Source: a virus
Reading direction: 5' to 3' (one strand)
DNA length: 6,065 nucleotides
Virus record (IMG/VR): IMGVR_UViG_3300020029_000006
Coordinates: 1-6,065 of that record
A program made the translations under genes and the position numbers. Of the stretch, positions 1 to 4,871 are shown piece after piece. The notes beneath the pieces were generated by a model. It searched no databases. It was not told the origin of the DNA and worked only from the letters and a program-made list of their open reading frames with translations. Position 1 is the stretch's first letter. Each line of letters opens with the position of its first letter.

Positions 1-121
1 TACTCCTGAAGCCGCGAAGCAATAGCCAGCTGCGGTATGGTCGAGACGCCGGACATAGAGACGCCTTCGGAGCTACCAACGGGGAGTAACCGACTGTAGC
101 GATCAGGGTTCGAAGGCACAA
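1..121. repeat. Left copy of a 121-nt terminal direct repeat, identical to 5945..6065. It marks a circular genome and is probably assembly overlap rather than a biological repeat.
   Basis: Base-by-base comparison: 1..121 (tactcctgaagccgcgaagc...ggttcgaaggcacaa) equals 5945..6065 with no mismatch. The repeat lies inside one continuous reading frame. Confidence 0.95.
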
Positions 122-1061
122 CGGCCATCGGGTGGGCGACAAGAAATGCTCCAAGCGAAGTGACGGTTGTGGAGCCAGCGTCAGTAGAAAATTGGCCTGC
201 AGGACCCGCGGTTGACAACGAAGTGCTTCCGGGATAGATAGTAGAGACGGGATAGCCGTCCCTGGAGGCAGTAATCGTAGAGCCAAGGTCCGAGAGCAAT
301 ATCTGGGAATAAAGATTTCCTCTATTGTACGTATTGTTCGACGACGACACAGCCGAAGGGTAAAACTGACTCTCGAAATAAGCGTCGAGGTATTCGAGAT
401 TTCCGAATCTTTGCGAGAAAAACGTCGACACATCACTGAACTGAAGGACATTATAGATGGTACCAGTGCTGTTGGGGATAAGATACCAGCTGCTAGGCCA
501 AGCAAAAGAGTAAAGTCCCCACTGGGAGTAACCGTAGTAGTTGCGAACGATATCCCAATAAGCAAGGTAAGAATCAGCGGTACACCAACCTAAAGGGTAT
601 CCCAATTGGGCGGTCGAGAGGTTGGCCGACATAGGAACATTGCTAGATGTTGTCGATGGAATAGAAGCGGGAACAATGCGCAACCAGCGAAGCAACGAAT
701 TGGAGTAGGGGTAGTTGTTGGTAGTGTACGGGTAAGACGCGGTCGACGAAGAAGCAACGAAATTCAAGCTCAAATCATTCATATCAAACTTACTACTATT
801 CGTCCTCATCTCAGGATGGTACAGCTGAAGAGGCACCCAGAAGCGATGCAAACGAATAGTGTAAGGGTTGAACGACGGAACAGCGAGAGGGTTACTACGA
901 ACGTCAACGCCCTGCTCGATAGATACACGATCACGAGCGTTAATGAAATCGACTCGCACCGGATACAAAATGCCCGGCGTACACGTAAAAGCCTTACTCT
1001 CGGGAACATCGTACCGAGAATAGCCGTTTACGGCATGCGAAATGAAGGGTTGTTTTCCCAT
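1..1061 (-). CDS. VP1: Major capsid protein (Microviridae VP1/F-like), N-terminal 353 codons. The gene runs off the left edge and continues at 5944->5212 on the circle.
   Basis: This ORF is absent from the ORF track because it has no stop inside the window. Manual minus-strand translation from the ATG at 1061..1059 stays open to base 1: MGKQPFISHAVNGYSRYDVPESKAFTCTPGILYPVRVDFINARDRVSIEQGVDVRSNPLAVPSFNPYTIRLHRFWVPLQLYHPEM...AHPMAVVPSNPDRYSRLLP. The phase is 1061-119 = 942 = 3 x 314, so it joins in frame to track ORF 5212..6063 through the repeat. The N-terminal pattern (FTC..G.L.P..., VR.NPL..P, FWVP..L) resembles the conserved N-terminus of microvirus jelly-roll capsid proteins as I remember it. 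Confidence 0.85.
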   Translation of the reverse strand, partial: MGKQPFISHAVNGYSRYDVPESKAFTCTPGILYPVRVDFINARDRVSIEQGVDVRSNPLAVPSFNPYTIRLHRFWVPLQLYHPEMRTNSSKFDMNDLSLNFVASSSTASYPYTTNNYPYSNSLLRWLRIVPASIPSTTSSNVPMSANLSTAQLGYPLGWCTADSYLAYWDIVRNYYGYSQWGLYSFAWPSSWYLIPNSTGTIYNVLQFSDVSTFFSQRFGNLEYLDAYFESQFYPSAVSSSNNTYNRGNLYSQILLSDLGSTITASRDGYPVSTIYPGSTSLSTAGPAGQFSTDAGSTTVTSLGAFLVAHPMAVVPSNPDRYSRLLPVGSSEGVSMSGVSTIPQLAIASRLQE

Positions 1062-1064
1062 AAA

Positions 1065-2135
1065 TTAAGTATTTAGTTGGAGTTTATAGTGGTCTCTCCA
1101 AAACCGGAGAATATCCAAATCTAGCCACGTTGGAGGATCGAGGTCAGGCATTTTCCGGGAAGAGGCAGAGAACCGCATTATTTGCTTTTGTTCCCACGTA
1201 TAAGACGCTCTACGGGATACGGAGGAATTGAGATTGAACCGCTCAACACACAGAGACACAATACGCTTAACCAGAGAAGACTTGCTAAAACGTGAATAAG
1301 CATCAGCCGCGGCAATCGAGCGAACAACGTCGTCTTCAGGTTTAAGGTATCTAAGGTAATATCGAGGAATCGAGTAATTGTAATTGATACGCTTCTCAGA
1401 ATCAAAGTAAGACCACGACGAAACACGAGAAGAAGGGCGAGGCATATAACCAAGAAAATCACCAACGCCAGCAGATACGAATTTTCGCGTATAGCGGCGA
1501 TGTTGGAGGAGGCAAGATAAAGGTGTAGGGTTTCCATTTATGGTAACATATTTATCCGAAATTTCATCGGGGTTAAACTGAATCTGCTTAGTAACATATT
1601 TAACGCAGTAACGAGCACGCTTGTGAGTCGCTTTCGCCAGCCACACAAAACCAAGGTCTCGAACAGCGGAACGAATCGTATTATAGAGAACGTTTGTGCC
1701 AAACAGAAAGCCATGAAAATGCAATCGAGGTTCGCTTCCTGCTTCTGGGTGGGTACCAAACTCCTGGAAAAAGGCGTGTTTAAACGAATGACCGAGCTTG
1801 TGACGTAGACGTTCATTGAATTTCCGAATAAACCAGGACGGATTAAGTAGGGCTTCGTTATAATGCTTCGGAGCAATCGTTATTGTAATAAAAATAGCCT
1901 GCTGACTATCGGCCTTACAACGAGCAAGCTCGCGCTCGAGGCGCACGAACCAATCATTGCGCTGACGACGCAGACAGTCTTCACACTTTCCACATGGAAC
2001 CATGAGCCATTGACGGGCGATGTCCCAGGGACGGAGAGCCAGGGCAGACTTAGCAACATCAGAGCCGTTACGACAAGGGTTCTTCTTGTCAAAATAACGA
2101 CGATTGCGTATCCATATAGGCGACGAACAAGGCAT
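1065..2135 (-). CDS. VP4: Rolling-circle replication initiator (Microviridae VP4 / phiX174 gpA-like HUH endonuclease), 356 aa from the ATG at 2135.
   Basis: Track ORF 1065..2156 starts at a TTG, and the first ATG is at 2135..2133 (MPCSSPIW...). Motifs read directly from the sequence are as follows:
- FITITIAP (RCR motif 1).
- RLHFHGFLF (HUH motif; the H-F-H codons are at 1713..1721).
- ARYCVKYVTK (double-Tyr motif Y-x-x-K-Y-x-x-K, Tyr codons at 1608..1610 and 1596..1598), comparable to YVAKYVNK of phiX174 gpA.
- A Cys-rich PCGKCEDCLRRQRNDW segment typical of microvirus Rep N-termini. Confidence 0.9.
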   Translation of the reverse strand: MPCSSPIWIRNRRYFDKKNPCRNGSDVAKSALALRPWDIARQWLMVPCGKCEDCLRRQRNDWFVRLERELARCKADSQQAIFITITIAPKHYNEALLNPSWFIRKFNERLRHKLGHSFKHAFFQEFGTHPEAGSEPRLHFHGFLFGTNVLYNTIRSAVRDLGFVWLAKATHKRARYCVKYVTKQIQFNPDEISDKYVTINGNPTPLSCLLQHRRYTRKFVSAGVGDFLGYMPRPSSRVSSWSYFDSEKRINYNYSIPRYYLRYLKPEDDVVRSIAAADAYSRFSKSSLVKRIVSLCVERFNLNSSVSRRASYTWEQKQIMRFSASSRKMPDLDPPTWLDLDILRFWRDHYKLQLNT

Positions 2136-2335
2136 TACAGTATACTTTGAAGGCAATCAAATTTAACGCTAGGATGATCGCGGCGACAGCGAACAAGATA
2201 GTCAGTTGCGGGCTCCTCATCGGAAAACCAGGCGATGATGACGCGCCTTCTACCGCGGTATGCACCAACGGAAAAACGGTAAGGTATGCAATCAACAATC
2301 GGCGAAAACCTAGGCCTGAAATCGAAATAATCCAC
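2135..2335 (-). CDS. Hypothetical 66-aa protein with a GTG start. Its stop overlaps the Rep start codon.
   Basis: Track ORF MDYFDFRPRFSPIVDCIPYRFSVGAYRGRRRVIIAWFSDEEPATDYLVRCRRDHPSVKFDCLQSIL.
- For: it is on the same strand as all other genes, and its TAA (2137..2135) shares base 2135 with the Rep ATG (2135..2133), giving a TAATG coupling junction.
- Against: it has no ATG (the only start is GTG at 2335), it is short, and it has no recognisable motif. Confidence 0.3.
   Translation of the reverse strand: MDYFDFRPRFSPIVDCIPYRFSVGAYRGRRRVIIAWFSDEEPATDYLVRCRRDHPSVKFDCLQSIL
2158..2165 (-). promoter_or_regulatory. Weak candidate Bacteroidetes-type -7 promoter box (TAAATTTG on the minus strand), ending 22 nt upstream of the Rep ATG.
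   Basis: Plus-strand caaattta at 2158..2165 is TAaaTTTG on the minus strand, an exact match to TAnnTTTG. No TTTG -33 element sits at the expected spacing. The motif occurs about four times on this strand, so chance is plausible. Confidence 0.25.
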
Positions 2336-2392
2336 GACTAAAAAAAAGTTTTACACAACACGAGCCTAAGCGGGCTGCGCTGTTTCGGGCCT

Positions 2393-2414
2393 CGATCTCG
2401 CGTACGCGATATCG
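2393..2414. repeat. 22-nt near-perfect palindrome, cgat-c-tcgcgtacgcga-t-atcg.
   Basis: The core tcgcgtacgcga (2398..2409) is a perfect 12-nt palindrome. The flanks cgat (2393..2396) and atcg (2411..2414) are also complementary, leaving one c/t mismatch at 2397/2410. Confidence 0.8.
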
Positions 2415-2475
2415 TCGGCTCCGGAAACACTAACTCGCCGCGCTCTTAACGGCTCGGGGATATATAATAGAGAAG

Positions 2476-2507
2476 GAACCTGCAGGAGAAGAGTCTCCCA
2501 CAGGTTC
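2476..2507 (-). terminator. Two-tier stem-loop 44 nt downstream of the 107-aa ORF stop. It is a candidate intrinsic terminator or an ssDNA structural element.
   Basis: gaacctg (2476..2482) pairs with caggttc (2501..2507) for 7 bp. A 2x2 internal loop (ca/ca) follows. ggaga (2485..2489) then pairs with tctcc (2494..2498) for 5 bp around the tetraloop agag. On the minus strand the stem is followed by CTTCTCTATTATATAT, which is pyrimidine/T-rich but not a clean U-run. Confidence 0.35.
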
Positions 2508-2550
2508 GCTGCATCAAAGAACTCTTCCACCAAGAGGGCGGGTCACAACT

Positions 2551-2874
2551 TTAGTTCCCTTTCCCTTCTTTTTTCGTCGCGCCTTCATCGTAGTTGAGAT
2601 CAAAGTCAAACATAAGAACTATCGTATTGTCGAAAAACTCGATGCCAAAACCAGGAAGGTCTTCGCAGACGAAAATAAGGTCTGCTATTTTCGAGTGGTT
2701 GACGTAGAGCGAGTCGCTGATATCCGAACTCTCTAAGAATTGCGCAATAGGAGTGTCCGCAACAGCGCCAAGAGGGAGCGGGTCAAACTGACCGTCTTTA
2801 AAACGACCTATCTGGGCAAGGTCAACCTTGAGAGCCGGACTAACTCGCCGGATAACAACATGAATCTGTGTCAT
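2551..2874 (-). CDS. Hypothetical 107-aa protein (ORFan) with an acidic C-terminal half.
   Basis: The ATG is at 2874..2872 and the TAA at 2553..2551. It starts 11 nt after the stop of the preceding 106-aa ORF, on the same strand as the core genes. The protein is MTQIHVVIRRVSPALKVDLAQIGRFKDGQFDPLPLGAVADTPIAQFLESSDISD...FDFDLNYDEGATKKEGKGN. I recognise no motif. Confidence 0.6.
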   Translation of the reverse strand: MTQIHVVIRRVSPALKVDLAQIGRFKDGQFDPLPLGAVADTPIAQFLESSDISDSLYVNHSKIADLIFVCEDLPGFGIEFFDNTIVLMFDFDLNYDEGATKKEGKGN

Positions 2875-2885
2875 AATGATGTGAT

Positions 2886-3206
2886 TTAAAGTTTTACTTG
2901 AAATTCAGAGCAAAAGCGTTCCCAAGCGGCAGACTGCTTGCACCAAAATTTAGTACCTTCGGGTGCCGAAGTAAACAGAAACGAAGAAGAGACAAGGTGA
3001 CTCGGGCCAAAGCCGAAACCATCAAGAGAGTGTCGAATGTGAGAGCGCAGGCGGTCACGAAAACTCTTGTAGGGTTGGAAAGCACGCTCGTAATTCGCCT
3101 TAAAAGCGGCAAATATTCCTCGGCGAACAAGCCACTCAGTGAATGCATACTCTACAACGTCGATCATCAACTCGTTGGCTCTAACACTTTTGCTAGACTT
3201 TTTCAT
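2886..3206 (-). CDS. Hypothetical 106-aa protein (ORFan) and the first gene downstream of the candidate promoter at 3233..3263.
   Basis: The ATG is at 3206..3204 and the TAA at 2888..2886. The protein is MKKSSKSVRANELMIDVVEYAFTEWLVRRGIFAAFKANYERAFQPYKSFRDRLRSHIRHSLDGFGFGPSHLVSSSFLFTSAPEGTKFWCKQSAAWERFCSEFQVKL. The C-terminal F-x-F-T-x-x-P-E-G-x-x-F-W-x6-W-x2-F segment reminds me of small phage proteins of unknown function, but I cannot name a family. The longer antisense ORF 2898..3305 was rejected (see the rejected list). Confidence 0.6.
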   Translation of the reverse strand: MKKSSKSVRANELMIDVVEYAFTEWLVRRGIFAAFKANYERAFQPYKSFRDRLRSHIRHSLDGFGFGPSHLVSSSFLFTSAPEGTKFWCKQSAAWERFCSEFQVKL

Positions 3207-3232
3207 GGTAGTGTGGTTATTGGTTTACGATA

Positions 3233-3263
3233 CAAATATACGGCAAAAAGAACGAGTAACAAA
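3233..3263 (-). promoter_or_regulatory. Candidate Bacteroidetes-type promoter, TTTG (-33) followed by 19 nt and then TATATTTG (-7), driving the 106-aa and 107-aa ORFs.
   Basis: The minus strand reads cTTTGttactcgttctttttgccgTATATTTGtatcgtaaaccaataaccacactaccATG. Plus-strand caaatata (3233..3240) is TAtaTTTG, and plus-strand caaa (3260..3263) is TTTG, with exactly 19 nt between them. A second TTTG sits at 3267..3270. The element lies in the 83-nt gap between the VP2 stop (3290) and the ATG at 3206. It fits the Bacteroides consensus TTTG / TAnnTTTG, whose spacing I recall as roughly 19-21 nt. Confidence 0.5.
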
Positions 3264-3289
3264 GTTCAAAAGGTTGGAGAAATTGTTCA

Positions 3290-4546
3290 TTATTTCCCAG
3301 AATAGCTACGACGAGTATAAATACTACCATTTTTATCACCGTAGGGGCTGTAAATTTCCTTCACCTCTTCATAGCCTTCTGGACCAGTAGGACCTGCAGC
3401 CTTACGACTAACATACGCAGCGCCGGCGACGCCTGCAGCAGCAGCAAAGGAACGAACAACGTCATGAGCAAGACGAAGCCTGGAGTTGCGCAAATCCCAA
3501 CGAGTATTACCTACTTCAAGTTGAGCAGCTTCAGCAGCAGCGGTCTTCAGAATAGACGTAGTCTCGGCTACTTTCATCATCTTCGTCTCAACAACCTCAC
3601 CCTTATCATTGCGAATCTGAACAGGGACTTCTTTCTCCCAGTTGAGCTCGAACCAATTCTGTAAATCCTTGAGTTCTTGGTAATTAAGCTTGGTCCGGGA
3701 TTCAGACTCAGCAGCAGCAGAAACATTGGCGATGGCGGAGGACCAGGCAACCGCAAGCGCAGCACCAGCTTCAGGCTCGAACCAATCATTAGTTTTGCGA
3801 AGATTCTGGTACTTTTCTTCCAGAATGCCAGCCATAGCCATGATGGAGGACATCTTATAGCCTTGTGTAATATTGGACAAATAAGCGTCAATTGCAACGA
3901 TTTGAGCCTGTGCCTCGCGAAGGTTGGCGAGTTCACGGGCATCCTTAACATGGTGCTCAGCAATCTGTAACTCGAATTTATCCATTCGCTCTCGCCACTC
4001 TTGCGTATGAGTATTACCACGGAGGTTGGCAGCCTCTGCATCATCTCGATTTGCGGCAGCAGTATTGCGGTCGACCGTAGACTGTGCAACCATGTTTTGA
4101 GCGATAGAGGTAGGGTCAGCGGGAGCAAAGCCTCCAGGGGCAATCGGAGAGCCACCAGAGGGTCCGGAAGCGGAGGGCATGGACGCGGAACCGCCGGACA
4201 TAGTAGCGTTTACTCCAACACCAGAAGAACCTAAGACGGCGGCAGGGGTTACACCGGCTTTCAGATAACGATCGAAAACCTTCGAAGGGTCATTGTAAGA
4301 ATTTTCGTAATCGAACTGTCTCTGCCAATTAGCGTAGGAAAGCTCAGACTGTTTTTGCATCTGCTCTAAAGCGTACTTCTGCTGAAGAGCCATTTGCTTT
4401 TGCTGGAACTTCCACTGGCGGCGAGCGTTCATGCCACCAAAAAGTTGACCAAGAGCGCCAGTTATTAATCCGGTAGTACCGGTAGATGCAGCCGAATGAC
4501 CAAGAGCTTGGCCAAAGGATGCGGTAGCAGCAGCAGGAACAGGCAT
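3290..4546 (-). CDS. VP2: Minor capsid / DNA pilot protein (Microviridae VP2, phiX174 H-like), 418 aa.
   Basis: The ATG is at 4546..4544 and the TAA at 3292..3290. It is the second-largest structural-size ORF and lies downstream of the capsid gene. The layout is typical of VP2:
- A Gly/Ala/Thr-rich N-terminus (GQALGHSAASTGTTGLITGALGQLFGG).
- A Gln-rich helix (WKFQQKQMALQQKYALEQMQKQSE).
- NSYNDPSKVFDRYLKAGVTPAAVLG, resembling the conserved ...R.K.AG.NP..L segment of microvirus VP2 proteins.
- A Gly/Ser/Pro low-complexity linker.
- A long, probably alpha-helical and Ala-rich C-terminal part. Confidence 0.8.
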   Translation of the reverse strand: MPVPAAATASFGQALGHSAASTGTTGLITGALGQLFGGMNARRQWKFQQKQMALQQKYALEQMQKQSELSYANWQRQFDYENSYNDPSKVFDRYLKAGVTPAAVLGSSGVGVNATMSGGSASMPSASGPSGGSPIAPGGFAPADPTSIAQNMVAQSTVDRNTAAANRDDAEAANLRGNTHTQEWRERMDKFELQIAEHHVKDARELANLREAQAQIVAIDAYLSNITQGYKMSSIMAMAGILEEKYQNLRKTNDWFEPEAGAALAVAWSSAIANVSAAAESESRTKLNYQELKDLQNWFELNWEKEVPVQIRNDKGEVVETKMMKVAETTSILKTAAAEAAQLEVGNTRWDLRNSRLRLAHDVVRSFAAAAGVAGAAYVSRKAAGPTGPEGYEEVKEIYSPYGDKNGSIYTRRSYSGK

Positions 4547-4547
4547 A

Positions 4548-4739
4548 CTACATATGGATTAAATCGTTAGAACGAATGATATAATCGACACGAACAGTGT
4601 CAATGTGAACGCCACTACGCTGCACCCTAGCTTGGGCCGAACAGGAAGAAAGGAAAAAGGTGGCCAACGCAGCAATAATGGATGAGACGAGCGTCCAAAA
4701 AGCCTTTGATTTATAAAAAGGTTGCTTAGTGTCTGACAT
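4548..4739 (-). CDS. Small predicted lipoprotein, 63-aa precursor, with a lipobox Cys at residue 33 and a mature peptide of about 31 aa.
   Basis: Translation from the internal ATG at 4739..4737 of track ORF 4548..4880 gives MSDTKQPFYKSKAFWTLVSSIIAALATFFLSSCSAQARVQRSGVHIDTVRVDYIIRSNDLIHM. This has a Lys-rich n-region, an approximately 18-residue hydrophobic h-region, and L-S-S-C, which fits the lipobox [LVI][ASTVI][GAS]C (Cys codon at 4643..4641). The TAG at 4550..4548 lies 1 nt before the VP2 ATG. The upstream 47 codons of the track ORF span a long hairpin and read like non-coding sequence. Confidence 0.6.
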   Translation of the reverse strand: MSDTKQPFYKSKAFWTLVSSIIAALATFFLSSCSAQARVQRSGVHIDTVRVDYIIRSNDLIHM

Positions 4740-4793
4740 AACATTAAGAATTAAGGGGAAGCAATGGTGTAAACAATTGAATAAAGAACGATA

Positions 4794-4871
4794 GAAAAAT
4801 GCGCGGCCTCTTCTGCAGTCGTTACCAATAACCTTCAGGAATTCACGAACTCTTCCAGAAGGGGTCCGCGC
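4794..4871 (-). terminator. Long imperfect hairpin followed by a T-tract on the gene strand. It is a candidate intrinsic terminator after the VP1 / 98-aa ORF unit.
   Basis: gcgcggcctcttctg (4801..4815) pairs with cagaaggggtccgcgc (4856..4871). The pairing has 14 Watson-Crick pairs, one G-T pair (4809/4862) and one bulge (t4865), around a 40-nt loop. On the minus strand the stem is followed at once by ATTTTTCTAT. The hairpin sits in the 163-nt gap between the 98-aa ORF stop (4903) and the lipoprotein ATG (4739). The large loop is atypical for a terminator. Confidence 0.35.

Larger units (their letters stand above)
2342..2550. promoter_or_regulatory. Largest non-coding region of the genome (209 nt). 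It is GC-rich, dense in inverted repeats, and flanked by AT-rich tracts. It is a candidate replication origin or regulatory region.
   Basis: No ORF on the gene strand covers this region. It contains the following elements:
- An A8 tract at 2340..2347.
- A bulged stem, cgagcc 2361..2366 pairing with ggcctcg 2388..2394.
- A 22-nt palindrome at 2393..2414.
- cgagcc 2361..2366, which is also complementary to ggctcg 2451..2456.
- tatataat at 2461..2468.
- A two-tier hairpin at 2476..2507. Confidence 0.5.

Noticed and set aside
785-792. TAnnTTTG matches inside coding sequence: 785..792 in VP1 and 2607..2614 in the 107-aa ORF.
   Set aside because: Neither has a -33 TTTG partner at 19-21 nt, and neither has a gene start downstream at a sensible distance. 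The occurrence rate on a T-rich strand is consistent with chance.
1059-1067. Rep and VP1 are in the same reading frame, separated only by TAA TTT, so stop-codon read-through would give a Rep-VP1 fusion.
   Set aside because: There is a one-in-three chance of shared phase, there is no read-through context or downstream structure, and a Rep-capsid fusion has no precedent I know of. I treat it as tight packing only.
411-1076. Plus-strand ORFs 411..593 (60 aa) and 606..1076 (156 aa), and minus-strand ORF 806..1009.
   Set aside because: They lie antisense to, or out of frame with, the continuous VP1 reading frame (1061->1), which has clear capsid-like sequence. Their products are Arg-rich and low-complexity, as expected for off-frame translation. 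Microviridae genes are all on one strand.
1178-2150. ORFs nested inside the Rep gene: 1178..1537, 1538..1876 and 1880..2092 on the minus strand, and 1623..1808 and 1863..2150 on the plus strand.
   Set aside because: All lie within the Rep coding region, whose frame carries the HUH and Tyr motifs. The alternative-frame products look like off-frame noise, and I see no independent start context.
2147-2341. Plus-strand 64-aa ORF with a TTG start, antisense to the 66-aa ORF.
   Set aside because: It is on the wrong strand for this genome, has a non-ATG start and no motif. The minus-strand alternative at least has the TAATG junction with Rep.
2463-2468. A perfect TATAAT hexamer on the plus strand.
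   Set aside because: There is no credible plus-strand gene downstream and no TTGACA-like -35 element at proper spacing. It is more likely just the AT-rich spacer between structured elements.
2898-3305. Plus-strand 135-aa ORF, longer than the 106-aa minus-strand ORF it overlaps.
   Set aside because: It has a TTG start, is highly basic and low-complexity, and runs through the intergenic promoter-like region into the end of VP2. It would be the only plus-strand gene. The minus-strand ORF has an ATG, tight spacing with its neighbours and an upstream promoter match. Comparative data could still overturn this call.
3464-4234. ORFs nested in VP2: 3464..3664, 3677..3970 and 4001..4234 on the plus strand, and 3577..4155 on the minus strand.
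   Set aside because: They are embedded in the VP2 frame, which has the recognisable pilot-protein layout. Their products are Arg/Leu/Ser-rich off-frame sequences.
3431-4535. Short GCA/CAG trinucleotide runs at about 3435, 3531, 3710 and 4525.
   Set aside because: They encode the Ala runs of VP2 (AAA and AAAA patches), so they are compositional features of the protein and not a repeat array.
4559-4744. A 61-aa ORF with its ATG at 4744, overlapping the lipoprotein gene in another frame and carrying a hydrophobic C-terminal tail.
   Set aside because: Its sequence (…RLFGRSSHPLLLRWPPFSFLPVRPKLG…) has off-frame character. The hydrophobic tail is a by-product of the T-rich strand. The competing frame has a complete, correctly ordered lipoprotein signal.
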